From Macrostomum hystrix (lineage: Eukaryota; Animalia; Platyhelminthes): DNA of 64,000 bases. Below the pieces are notes generated by a model. That model was not told the origin of the DNA. It did not search any database and saw nothing but the letters and a program-made list of their open reading frames with translations. Below, one piece after another: positions 23,736 to 34,317 of the stretch. The first letter of the stretch is position 1. Each line of letters starts with the position of its first letter. The DNA lies in the NCBI GenBank assembly GCA_950097015.1, contig CATNEN010000010.1, forward strand, positions 2,914,001-2,978,000. The letters are read 5' to 3'. A program made the position numbers and the translations under genes.

Positions 23736-25424
23736 GATTTCTGTCGGTTAGCGAAGCTTTGCTGGTGCAGCAATGGATTGGTCAGTCAGGCCTAGGTTGA
23801 GTTGAGCTGGGGTCTCAGCACCACCTGCTTTTATCCCCTGCTCAGCGACCGCGGCAGAGCTCACGTTTTTCCGGACTGATGTTTTTCTCTGGGACACGTT
23901 TTCTGTTCTCTTTATTTGTTGAGTTTTTTACTAGACTGCTTGGCAATGAAATTGGCCCCTTAAAAGTAGCTAGTATAGTCTTTTAAAGCATTGTAAACAT
24001 ATTTTTACGGCAATTCGTTCAGCACAATAGCGTCTCTGCTGCTTAATGCTTTCTTTTTTACCGTTTTTCTCTAAGGCTACGCTGGCAGTCTAAGCGTGCA
24101 TTCTATTGGCCATGAAGGTCATTGTCGCTGGTGTTGGTTTTCCGAGTCTAAACAACAAGGGGCCATTTTTAGCAAAACTTTCGTGCTCTTGCACCGACCG
24201 CCTTAAAAAATCCAGGAAAATATTCTTATTTTCCTGGCCATGGTGAAATTTAAGAAGCCCTTTTTAGGTCTATGCGTTCGATCAGAATGTGACAACCTGT
24301 TTAAAAATTAAATCAATAAGCGGGGGATAAACCTGGTGATAAATAGTTTTAAGCCTGAGTTTTGCCACCGTCTGTGCCTCCTTCGCCTCTATACAACTTT
24401 TTTCACCTGTTTAAAATAATTTTCTTTAAGAATCTTCTTTTCAGTGATTTACGTCAATTTACGGGCCAACTTTTTGTTACGCATCTTCTGAAACAAGAAT
24501 CAAGTCGCCAGCCCTTCACACCGTCGAGATATTCGATGGTTCTGGCCAAAAGGTTTGATTTTTCCCAAAAGAGCTAGTGTATTTCAAACACCCCTGCACA
24601 CGAATTTGCAATGTGCCTCAGTGCGGCCTTGCCAGGCCTTTAAAATTCATCAGCATGTCACCCGAGTGTGCCTGCATCATCTCGTGTACTTCCGTTCCTC
24701 CGTTCGGGTGCAGCACAGAAAATTGTCAGTTCTCCCCATTCTGCTGTTCTGCTGTTAATTCGTGCCTAATGCGAATTTCCAACGCTACCCCGAGATCGAG
24801 AAGTCTATGATGGTCTGCTCTCTGGGAGATATTTTTGCCAAATAAAATGGGAAATTTTCTCTGTTTAACTAATTTTATCAGTCCTTTGGCCGCTCTGTCG
24901 GCGACACCAATGTAAAGAGGAGCCCAGCACAGCCAGGTTGATGCTGCTGCTGGTGCGTTTCTGTGTATTGGAACCCGTATTGTTTATCATCTGCACTTTA
25001 ACTGGTACACGAGGCCTTCAATCGGTTGCGCATTACTTTCGAGCTACTTGTACAAAAAGCGCAATTTTCCTGCTTCTAGCGGCTACTTGATGCTTAAACT
25101 GCCTACTTAATAATCTACTTAATTTGAAATAACAAGTTCGCAAACTTTCATTGTATAGGCTCTCTTGGGCCTAATAAACAAAAATATGCTCATAAATAGC
25201 ATTTCTCATAGCGAAAATTGACAATATACGAACAAACAAATAACACTGGCCTTCACAGAACCACAGTGCAGTGCAGCAGAGCAAGTACCTTGTGACATTA
25301 AAGCAGCCAATTGTGGAGGCAGACAAACAATTGTTTACAATGCTTTGATACGACTTGGCATGCAACACTGGGCTGGCTTCAATGCCTAGCGTGAGTTCAA
25401 CTTCAATAATTAGATCTGGCCCTC

Positions 25425-25576
25425 AGAAAACATCAGTCCGGAAAAACGTGAGCTCTGCCGCGGTCGCTGAGCAGGGGATAAAAGCAGGTGGTGTTGAGAC
25501 CCCAGCTCAACTCAACCTAAGCCTGACTGACCAATCCATTGCTGCACCAGCAAAGCTTCGCTAACCGACAGAAATC
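25425..25576 (+). promoter_or_regulatory. Duplicated proximal promoter/5'UTR of the peptide genes (mirror copy at ~23736-23888, minus strand)
   Basis: About 150 bp with 2 substitutions between copies; TATA/GATA-like GATAAAAG at 25477-25484 and 23828-23835. Confidence 0.6.
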
Positions 25577-25819
25577 ATGAAGTGGCAATTCGTCGCAGCT
25601 CTCCTGCTCTGCGCAGCCGTTGTGGCCTTGGCCAAGCCGAGCGTCAGCCACCACGACACCGAGGACGCGCTCGAGAAGAAGAAGGCGGTCCTGGAGGCCC
25701 TGGAGGCCCTGTCCGACGTTGACGACCCGGAGAAGAAGAACTGGGCGGACCTTGTGGCCCGCATCCTCGGTTCGATCGGCAACGCCTTCAAGCCGTTCGG
25801 TGGTGCCAAGCGGGGCTGA
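25577..25819 (+). CDS. Secreted prepro-peptide, copy 2 (80 aa)
   Basis: Paralogue of copy 1 with the same signal peptide and a pro-region lacking a 10-aa segment; predicted mature region NWADLVARILGSIGNAFKPFGGAKRG. Confidence 0.85.
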   Translation: MKWQFVAALLLCAAVVALAKPSVSHHDTEDALEKKKAVLEALEALSDVDDPEKKNWADLVARILGSIGNAFKPFGGAKRG

Positions 25820-26472
25820 ACTTTCAGCGAAATTTTCTAAGTGACTCGTTGATCACTATAAATAGTGCGTACAGTATTATTGACGTTGCGAGTCTGAACT
25901 AACAATTAGATTTTCTATCTGTACCTTACGGAACTAATTTCGATCATGTACGTCTCAATGTCGACCTGACCAATATTGGAAAAAAAGTTTTTAATAATAT
26001 AACGACACAACGTCAAACAAAAAACGTCGAAAAGTTATCAAGCCAGAAATCAAAACGCCTTGCTTTTTCGACATCAACAGCAGTGGAACATCAAAGGTCA
26101 ACTGGGTGGTAATAAATGTCCTAGCAGTTTTACCCCATGTCTATACTAGTCGATCAGCTACAACCGATTGCGGCTTGGCTTCTTCGGGTTATTATTTCGA
26201 TTCGGGAGCATCTTGTTGCAGATATGTTTCATATGGGAACTCTGAAGACGGTTGTCAAAGCCATTGCTTGTTAGCAGCAGTTTATAGCGCGCGCTAACAT
26301 AAAGTTAAACTGATGCCGGTTTAGCGTTCAATCAGAACAGACTGCTGTTGGGAAGAATACGTAGAGAAGGATTTTTATGTATAGTGTTTGTTTTGCTTTT
26401 GATTAAATAGTATTCTTATTTAACTTATCGAATGCCTTTATTCTAACCATGCACTGTTGTCTTTACGACAAT

Positions 26473-26927
26473 TTAGGTTATCCGCCGGTCAGCTTCTACC
26501 AGCTGGCGGACACGAGCCACTGTTTCTGGTGTAGTGGCAGTGGAAGGTCGACCCGTCCGCTCCTCGTCTTCCAACGAGTCTCGGCCACGACTAAACTCGC
26601 GGAACCAGTTGCTGACGGTCGCAAGTGATGGAGCAGCTTCTGAGAAAGCCGCTGACAACCTTTCGTGGCACTGGCGGCAATCAAGGCCGCTGCGATAGTC
26701 ATAGAAGATCATGGCACGAAAGTGCTCGCGATTCAGTTCCATGAGCTCAGCTGGAAAGTGGGCAGAGGTGCTGAAGTTATCTGGCTCTAGCGGCTAAATG
26801 CTGCGAGATATTTTCGTGAAATTTTATTCATCATGGTCATATATATTGTCCTGTAAGCCTGTGAAAAATTAATCTGATAGGACAAAAAGCTGAGGTCTAG
26901 CTAAAAACTTTCGTAGTGCCCCTCGTA
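26473..26927 (-). mobile_element. Truncated mariner (Tc1/mariner) element: one TIR plus transposase N-terminal HTH
   Basis: MELNREHFRAMIFYDY...APSLATVSNWFREFSRGRDSLEDEERTGRP...DRRIT is a mariner DNA-binding domain. TA-CGAGGGGCACTACGAAAG terminal sequence ends at 26925-26927. No DDD domain or second TIR found. Confidence 0.85.
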
Positions 26928-27289
26928 TATTTATCAGTAACTTTTTTTAAACTACTTTCCTAAGCTGTAGTTTACTAACTATTTCATTTGTCAATTGTAA
27001 ATTGCCGACTAAAATCCTACCTTACCTGAGCATGATACTTTGTTCCCGATTGCTTCAGTGTGAACTGTGTAGCAGCATTAGCTGTGGCCTGCGTGTTCTG
27101 CCAAATGCTAATGGTGATTTGTGTTCTCTCTATCAGCATCTGGATTAGATTCAAGCCCTATTATTTTTGGTTTTCCTGGTTTCACGCAAGCATCGAGCTG
27201 CAAGGTACATGTACGCTCGTATGTATAATGCGCCTGGCAGCCGCTGAATCACCTCGAGGCGCCGCCATAGCTCCTAACGACCGGCCTGA

Positions 27290-28470
27290 TGTGGGCGGTT
27301 CTGGGGTGTCCTGGCGAGCCACAGCGAGCTGTTGAAGATGGTGCGACAGACTTCCAGGGCGTCCTCTGGGAGATTCTTGAGCCGGCTGGGGTGTATGTGG
27401 TCTCTACCGGCCACCCGGTTTCCGTTTTTTTCTGCCTGTATTTCCTTAATCTCCTGCTGGGTGATGTGTTGCCCTGTTCAGTGTGGACTTTTCATTCCGA
27501 AGCTCCTGCCAAGCCTGATTGTGTTCTTCCTTGTCCACAGCCTTGTCTTTTATTAATTCCATGGAACTAACTCTGGCATATTCTCTAGGGAATGCGCTGA
27601 CCTTGGCTCTGTCCGTGGCTGCGGTGGCTGTCCGTGGCCTTCCTGATCGGCCGCCCTATCATGCAGATACTTCAGCATTACTTCAGCTTACGGAGGAGCT
27701 GCCATATACGCCGCCCTTGCCTTCAATGGTCTTTCTCCGAAGCTCCTAGTAGTTTTGACTTTTTCTGCTCTCTCCTCGGTCTGGGCCCTCCACTCTTCTC
27801 CGCCATCGTCATGTTTAAATCATCCCGATGATGCTGCTCCAGCACTTCAGGTGCTCTGGCACTTCACTTTAATAGTCTCTGGCCGCTTTGATCACAATGG
27901 CGCGCAATTTGCTCTCCATCTGGGTTAGAGTGAGCATCTTCCAGTTCGTTGCCAATTGCAGCCTTCCGACATGCATTTCTCTGAATGCGGCCTTCTTGAG
28001 GTCCCAGCTGATCGATGATCTCCCTAGCCGCGTGCTGCTCCTTCTCACCTCCTCCCCAACCTGCAGCACCATCGCGAGGTGGTTGCATCCCATCGAGCTG
28101 AGCTGCTTTTTTCTCACCGCACAGGTCGTCTTGCTCCGCCGCGGCGTGGCAGATAGCAACGTCGGGGCGGAGTCCCCCTGTCCCTTTCCGGGTGTTTCTG
28201 TCATCATTCAGCGGCATCATACCGTGGTCGTCACACCATTCCATCAGGCTTTGCCCCGGGCCTCTTCGCCCCAAGTTAATTACCCGGCTGCAACAAGACA
28301 CAGCCGGGCGTCATTGAGCTGTCTAGTCCAACATAACCCGCCAGAAAACAATGGTTGCTGCATGGCTCGCGGCTTGCGCATGGGTCGGGTGACACCTGGC
28401 AATTCAGCTCTGACCGGCAGCCCCGATGGGTCTTGCTGGAGTCTAAAACAGCTCTGTTGAAAGTCGGGCT
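27290..28470 (-). mobile_element. Decayed non-LTR retrotransposon ORF2 fragment (end of AP endonuclease to start of RT)
   Basis: Frameshifted remnants: LMEWCDDHGMMPLND..TRKGTGG..PDVAICH (endonuclease C-terminus), WDLKKA (linker), DHIHPSRLKNLPEDALEVCRTIFNSSL (RT N-terminus). Confidence 0.7.
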
Positions 28471-30583
28471 GCTACAGCAATTTTTGCTGCAAAACAAATT
28501 GCGAAAATTGGGAGTTGTGAATAAAGCTTTATTGTTAATTTAGCAAAATAATTTAACATTCGTATTAAAAAATTGCACGTTTAATATTTTACGTGTATGT
28601 TTCTTAGCGTTTGTTCAAGTAAATTTGTTTCTATTGCGTACAATTTAAAACACTTTGTGCATGGGAAGTATTTCTATGCACGGTTAACTATTTATTAATC
28701 AGAGAGTTTTCTTAGATACAATTGTTTATTTCTGTACATGTATATTCAGTCTGTGGGGAATGTGTTTCAAATCGAGATGACAAGTCAAGATATGCCTTGT
28801 CTTTATGGAGTCAATTCACTTTGCTCTATAATATAGTATGGTATTAGTATTACAGTAGGCCTAGTGCGAAAATGAGCTAGCCTAATTCCTAATGATAGCA
28901 AATATATAAAGTCTTTAAAATCCTACTTATACTAAATAAATGGCTACATAAATTAAAATGAGCCACTACACTGAGTAAAGAATTAAATGAATTGTTGATA
29001 ATCCTTAGTGAGTCAAAAGTTTTTTGTAAGGCCTAGCTAATCTAGCTAATCTAAAGTGACTAATTTTATTTTACTCATTTGTTATACATTTACAAGTTGT
29101 AGCTTGTAACTAAAAACAAAGAACTAGATTAGTTATTACGTGGTCTACTATATACTTTTTCTTTCAGTTTCTTTTCTTATGACCCATTTAGTTTACAAAG
29201 TACATTGATATAGTGCACTAAATCCATTGCTATGCATTTTATCAGTGAAGCCAGTATAATGTAAATGTAAATTCTCCTTGTAATGTAATTAAATGTAATT
29301 AAATAATCTGAAGTATGGTATTAGGGGGATAAATATTGGTAGTTCAATACCCTATTGGAGCCAATAGGGGTTTTTATGGACAGCGTCTGGCGTGTTTGTG
29401 AAAAATTGCCTGCGCAGCTGTGCAGAAAGAAATTCCTATCCGCGCGGCTGCGCCTTGTGTGTGTAAATTTGTCGTAAGTATGTAGATGTATAACAAAAAG
29501 TGCGCCCTTGTGCCCCTACACAAATACATGCTCCGTAGTGTCCGAGTGCGAAAAGACAACCTTAGTTATACACTACGGAGATTAAAGAAAGGTCATTTGG
29601 TATATGCGTCCATTTTTGCAAAATCACCACGTACCTGTTCTATTTTTAGAAATACACTACGGAGATCAAAAAAGGTCTTTTGACATTTTTTCGTGAGTTG
29701 AGTCTACATTGAGTCAGACTGAAAATATATAGCAATTGCAGATTTGTGCTCTTTTTCTTGAAAACACAACTGCGCACCTGCATGCCTAGCAGGAGTGTCT
29801 GCAGCTTTTTTAAATTCGCTCCATTAGGGGTTCAATAATTTAGAAAGAGCTTAAAAAAGTATTAATAGTTTCAGTAAAACAACAAAGCACATGACAAATC
29901 ACTCATAAATTATTCATATTAGATAGTGTAATTAACCATGATCTGATAGAGTAGAGCCCCAAAGCTGTTCTCTGTGTAGAGGCAATGCCAGAAGTCTTCT
30001 CAATGTAGCTCTCAAAGATCTTAAATAATAGCTAATTAAAATCAGCTTTGATACTTAAATTCTTAATACTTAGTTGTACTCTGCATACTATCTTAAATCT
30101 TACTAGGCCTACTTAGTATTTAAAAAATGTAAAAATAATTGGACAAGGAAATCTAGAAAAATGCTAAAATTACTGTAAGCAGAAAATTAATTTAGCAAAT
30201 TATTTTTAATTAATAACAACATAATAACAAAATAACATGGTAAAAGTGCCAAAACCAATGCAACTTGCTTTTACTAAGGCTAAGCAAGTCTTAAACAAAC
30301 AAAACTATTTAAAACACTTCAATTCAAACACAATATCATATCATACTCACATAAAAAAATCAAACCCAAAAGGCATAATTTTGTGATTTGGTCATAGGTC
30401 ATAGGTCATAGGTCATGATTCACATCATTGGTCACTGGTGATGTTGACCTGGAACTACCAGTATGAGAACCAGAAACTTATGGCTATTATTCAGTGCTAG
30501 CTAATTTTTTTCCTATTCAATTTCAGGAGTCACAATGGCAAGACTAAATTGGTTCCATCTCTGAGTGGCACTTCACAGCAGAG

Positions 30584-31994
30584 ATGGACGCAGTGCAGAC
30601 GTCGGTGCTGTCCCTGATTGCACTGATCGTATGCTTCACAGTCAGCTTGTTCGTCTGCTGCTGCTGCGCCAGGATCTGGGGCAGGCGGCGCTACCAGCCA
30701 ACGCCCACCTCCGAGTTGAACAGGCCGCTCTACATCGGACGAAGCCTCCCTGGCAGGACGGAGCGCCTGCAACAGTCTTTTGAGCGCTTCTCTGCCTCTG
30801 TCAGGTGAGTATTCTAGATATGATGCTAAAAGTGGAAGGCTGTGGTGATCAGTGGAAGGCTGGAGTGATTAGTGGAAGGCTGGAGTGATCAGTGGAAGGC
30901 TGTGGTGATCAGTGGAAGGCTGGAGTGATCAGTGGAAGGCTGGAGTGATCAGTGGAAGGCTGGTGTGATCAGTGGAAGGCTGGAGTGATCAGTGGAAGGC
31001 TGTGGTGATATGTGGTAGGCTGGAGTGATCAGTGGAAGGCTGGAGTGATCAGTGGAAGGCTGTGGTGATCAGTGGAAGGCTGTGGTGATCTGTGGTAGGC
31101 TGGAGTGATCAGTGGAAGGCTGGAGTGATCAGTGGAAGGCTGGAGTGATCAGTGGAAGGCTGTGGTGATCAGTGGAAGGCTGTGGTGATCAGTGGAAGGC
31201 TGTGGTGATCAGTGGAAGGCTGGAGTGATCAGTGGAAGGCTGTGGTGATCTGTGGTAGGCTGGAGTGATCAGTGGAAGGCTGGAGTGATCAGTGGAAGGC
31301 TGGAGTGATCAGTGGAAGGCTGTGGTGATCAGTGGAAGGCTGTGGTGATCTGTGGTAGGCTGGAGTGATCAGTGGAAGGCTGGAGTGATCAGTGGAAGGC
31401 TGGAGTGATCAGTGGAAGGCTGTGGTGATCAGTGGAAGGCTGTGGTGATCAGTGGAAGGCTGTGGTGATCTGTGGAAGGCTGTGGTGATCTGTGGAAGGC
31501 TGTGGTGATCTGTGGAAGGCTGTGGTGATCTGTGGAAGGCTGTGGTGATCTGTGGTAGGCTGGGGTGGACGGCTGCAGTGAACAGAACGTCTTTCAATCT
31601 GCTCTCCAGACGGAAGTTCCGTCGGCAGCGCTCAATAAACCGGGCTCTGGCCTCAGACGATGGCGGCGGCCTCACCCTAAATCCCTCGGTCTATCACCGG
31701 ATGGAGAGCGGGCAGGCGAACGACGCCTTCGAGAACTTATACGCGAATGAGGAGCCGGCCTGTTTCGTAATGACCAGTGGCGGCCGGCCTCCCTTCGCCA
31801 ATGGCTCCGTAGGCGGTCCGCCCAGCAATGGAAACGAAGGCGGGCCATTCCAACTGCAGCCTCTGGAGTTTCAGGGACCATTTCAGCAGCAGGTTGAGCA
31901 GTTGCAGAACCTGTACTCTGCTGAGCAGCAGCAGCGGCAGCATCCAGGCAGACCTGGAGGTAGAGGTCGCAGGCAGAACGAATCTGCAGTTTGA
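30584..31994 (+). CDS. Small single-pass membrane protein with Cys cluster and Tyr-motif tail (2 coding exons: 30584-30804, 31610-31994; ~200 aa)
   Basis: TM segment SVLSLIALIVCFTVSLFV, then CCCC and RRR. Phase-2 GT-AG intron containing a minisatellite. The protein ends ...NESAV. An additional upstream coding exon cannot be excluded. Confidence 0.7.
30833..31560. repeat. Minisatellite, 20-bp unit, ~36 copies
   Basis: Unit TGGAGTGATCAGTGGAAGGC. Confidence 0.97.
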
Positions 31995-33039
31995 AGCTCA
32001 GTCTCACTGCTTATTAAAAATTTCACTCGGCTCAAAATCGATGCTAATAATATTTGCATAGACCGTATGGTCACATACACTCACCGTGTTGTACAACTGC
32101 ACATCGACTCATCGTCAGGCAGTGTACACTCACTGTTGCTTGGGGGTTGGCCCTGATTGTACAAAAAGCCTCCACGTCATCTCTCTCATCTCATATTGAA
32201 GAAGTTTAAAAATAGACTCTATTGAGACTCGTGGATTCGAACTCGGGACGTTTTATTCTGCGCGTGAGTCGGACTGCTTGGGTGGATCGGTCGTGGTCAG
32301 ATTTCTTAGCCAAATTTCTGTTCTGCTGCTTCCACGGCAAAATCATGCATTGATTGTATTTTTACAAGTATCTCGTAAGCCTATAATATCTGTCTGTGTC
32401 ACTGTAGACTGCAGACACATTTCCTTACTGCCTACTAACGTCAGTAGAGTAGCGAGTAAATAGTTGTTTATCCTAATAAGACAAAGATCTCTATGCAAGC
32501 CGATATTCACTTTGTTGTCAAATCTTTTGATTTTCCTGATGTCTAATGTTGCAGCTCGCTCAATATTATTTTCTGCATTCCTTGTTGCTGTTGACCATAG
32601 CAGAACAGCTTCCATGATTCTGACAAAAATGTGAATCTCAGTTTATCAATTAGCTTATTAAAACAGGACTTATGCTATATTTAGTTTGCTGACCCACACA
32701 TTCCTCTGTACAGTTTTACAGCATTCCAGAGCATATCGAGTTTTTTATTACTGAAGAGTGAATAAAATGTATTGAAATCGAATACTTGATTATATATTTT
32801 TTTATGCTTGTCCGAGTGGCGCTTCCTGGAGGAGAGAAACGCCACTCGGACCTCCTTTCACTTGTTGAAAGGTTACCACGGATGCAGCTTTTGGTTTTGT
32901 CGTTTCAGTCTATTAATGTGAATTCTAGAACAATATATGCAGCCTATTTTCTGTCCATTTTTGTTTGGATTATCGGGTTTCGATTTGTGCTTTATCCCAT
33001 TGATTTTAGGATTAACGGAATTTTTTGTGTTCTGTCTCT

Positions 33040-33822
33040 TTGCTGCTGGGATTATCGGGTTTGGATCTGTGTTCTGTCCCATTGTTGTTTGGGATTAACG
33101 GACTTGTATCTGTGTTCTGTCCCATTGTTGTTGGGATTAACGGCCTTGTATCTGTGTTCTGTCCCATTGTTGTTGGGATTAACGGACTTGTATCTATGTT
33201 CTGTCTCATTGTTGTTGGGATTAACGGACTTGTATTTGTGTTCTGTCCCATTGTTGTTGGGATTAACGGACTTGTATCTATGTTCTGTCTCATTGTTGTT
33301 GGGATTAACGGACTTGTATCTGTGTTCTGTCCCATTGTTGTTGGGATTAACGGACTTGTATCTGTGTTCTGTCCTATTGTTGTTGGGATTAACGGACTTG
33401 TATCTGTGTTCTGTCCCATTGTTGTTGGGATTAACGGACTTGTATCTGTGTTCTGTCCCATTGTTGTTGGGATTAACGGACTTGTATCTGTGTTCTGTCC
33501 CATTGTTGTTGGGATTAACGGACTTGTATCTGTGCTCTGTCCCATTGTTGTTGGGATTAACGGACTTGTATCTGTGTTCTGTCCCATTGTTGTTGGGATT
33601 AACGGACTTGTATCTGTGTTCTGTCCCATTGTTGTTGGGATTAACGGACTTGTATCTGTGTTCTGTCCCATTGTTGTTGGGATTAACGGACTTGTATCTG
33701 TGTTCTGTCCTATTGTTGTTGGGATTTACGGACTTGTATCTGTGTTCTGTCCCATTGTTGTTGGGATTAACGGACTTGTATCTGTGTTCTGTCCCATTGT
33801 TGTTGGGATTAACGGACTTGTA
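33040..33822. repeat. Minisatellite, 42-bp unit, ~18 copies
   Basis: Unit GTTGTTGGGATTAACGGACTTGTATCTGTGTTCTGTCCCATT. Confidence 0.97.
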
Positions 33823-34317
33823 TGCGGTCGGCATTGGTGCTGGTCGTATTTACTAGTGTTGCGGTTTATGCAATGTCCAGCCAGAAAGTGGCATGCAGCC
33901 CCAGCCATGCAGCAACGGAAGGCCAGAAGCTGAAAGCGAGCGCCAGAAAAACATTGCAGGCAATTCTTAGTATTAACTTTCAATCTAAGCCTGCCCGTCA
34001 GGTGGCCTCCATGCAGCAAGTCTGAAATCGCTTATAATCTTATCTGTCTGGCCCACCTGTGGGCTTGTGGTGGGGCTGTTATCACAGCGGAGATATTCCG
34101 CTCATTGGTCAGAGCTGTCAGACAACGCCCAGCTCAAAGCTGGAGTCAGGGGCCTAATAATATCTGACACTCGGCCAGGACCGGGCGAGTGCTTGAAATA
34201 TTTTCTATTTTAGATTTCGGATAAAAAACTGCTCAATCAACTGCTAAACTTTGTCACACCTGAGCTGTTAGCGAAAGTTGGCTGAGAGCTGCTTATTGCG
34301 GAGTGATCTCCGAGTCC

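Noticed and set aside
32786-33933. Hydrophobic Cys-rich repeat ORFs resembling membrane proteins
   Set aside because: 42-bp minisatellite, with no splice or codon-bias support.
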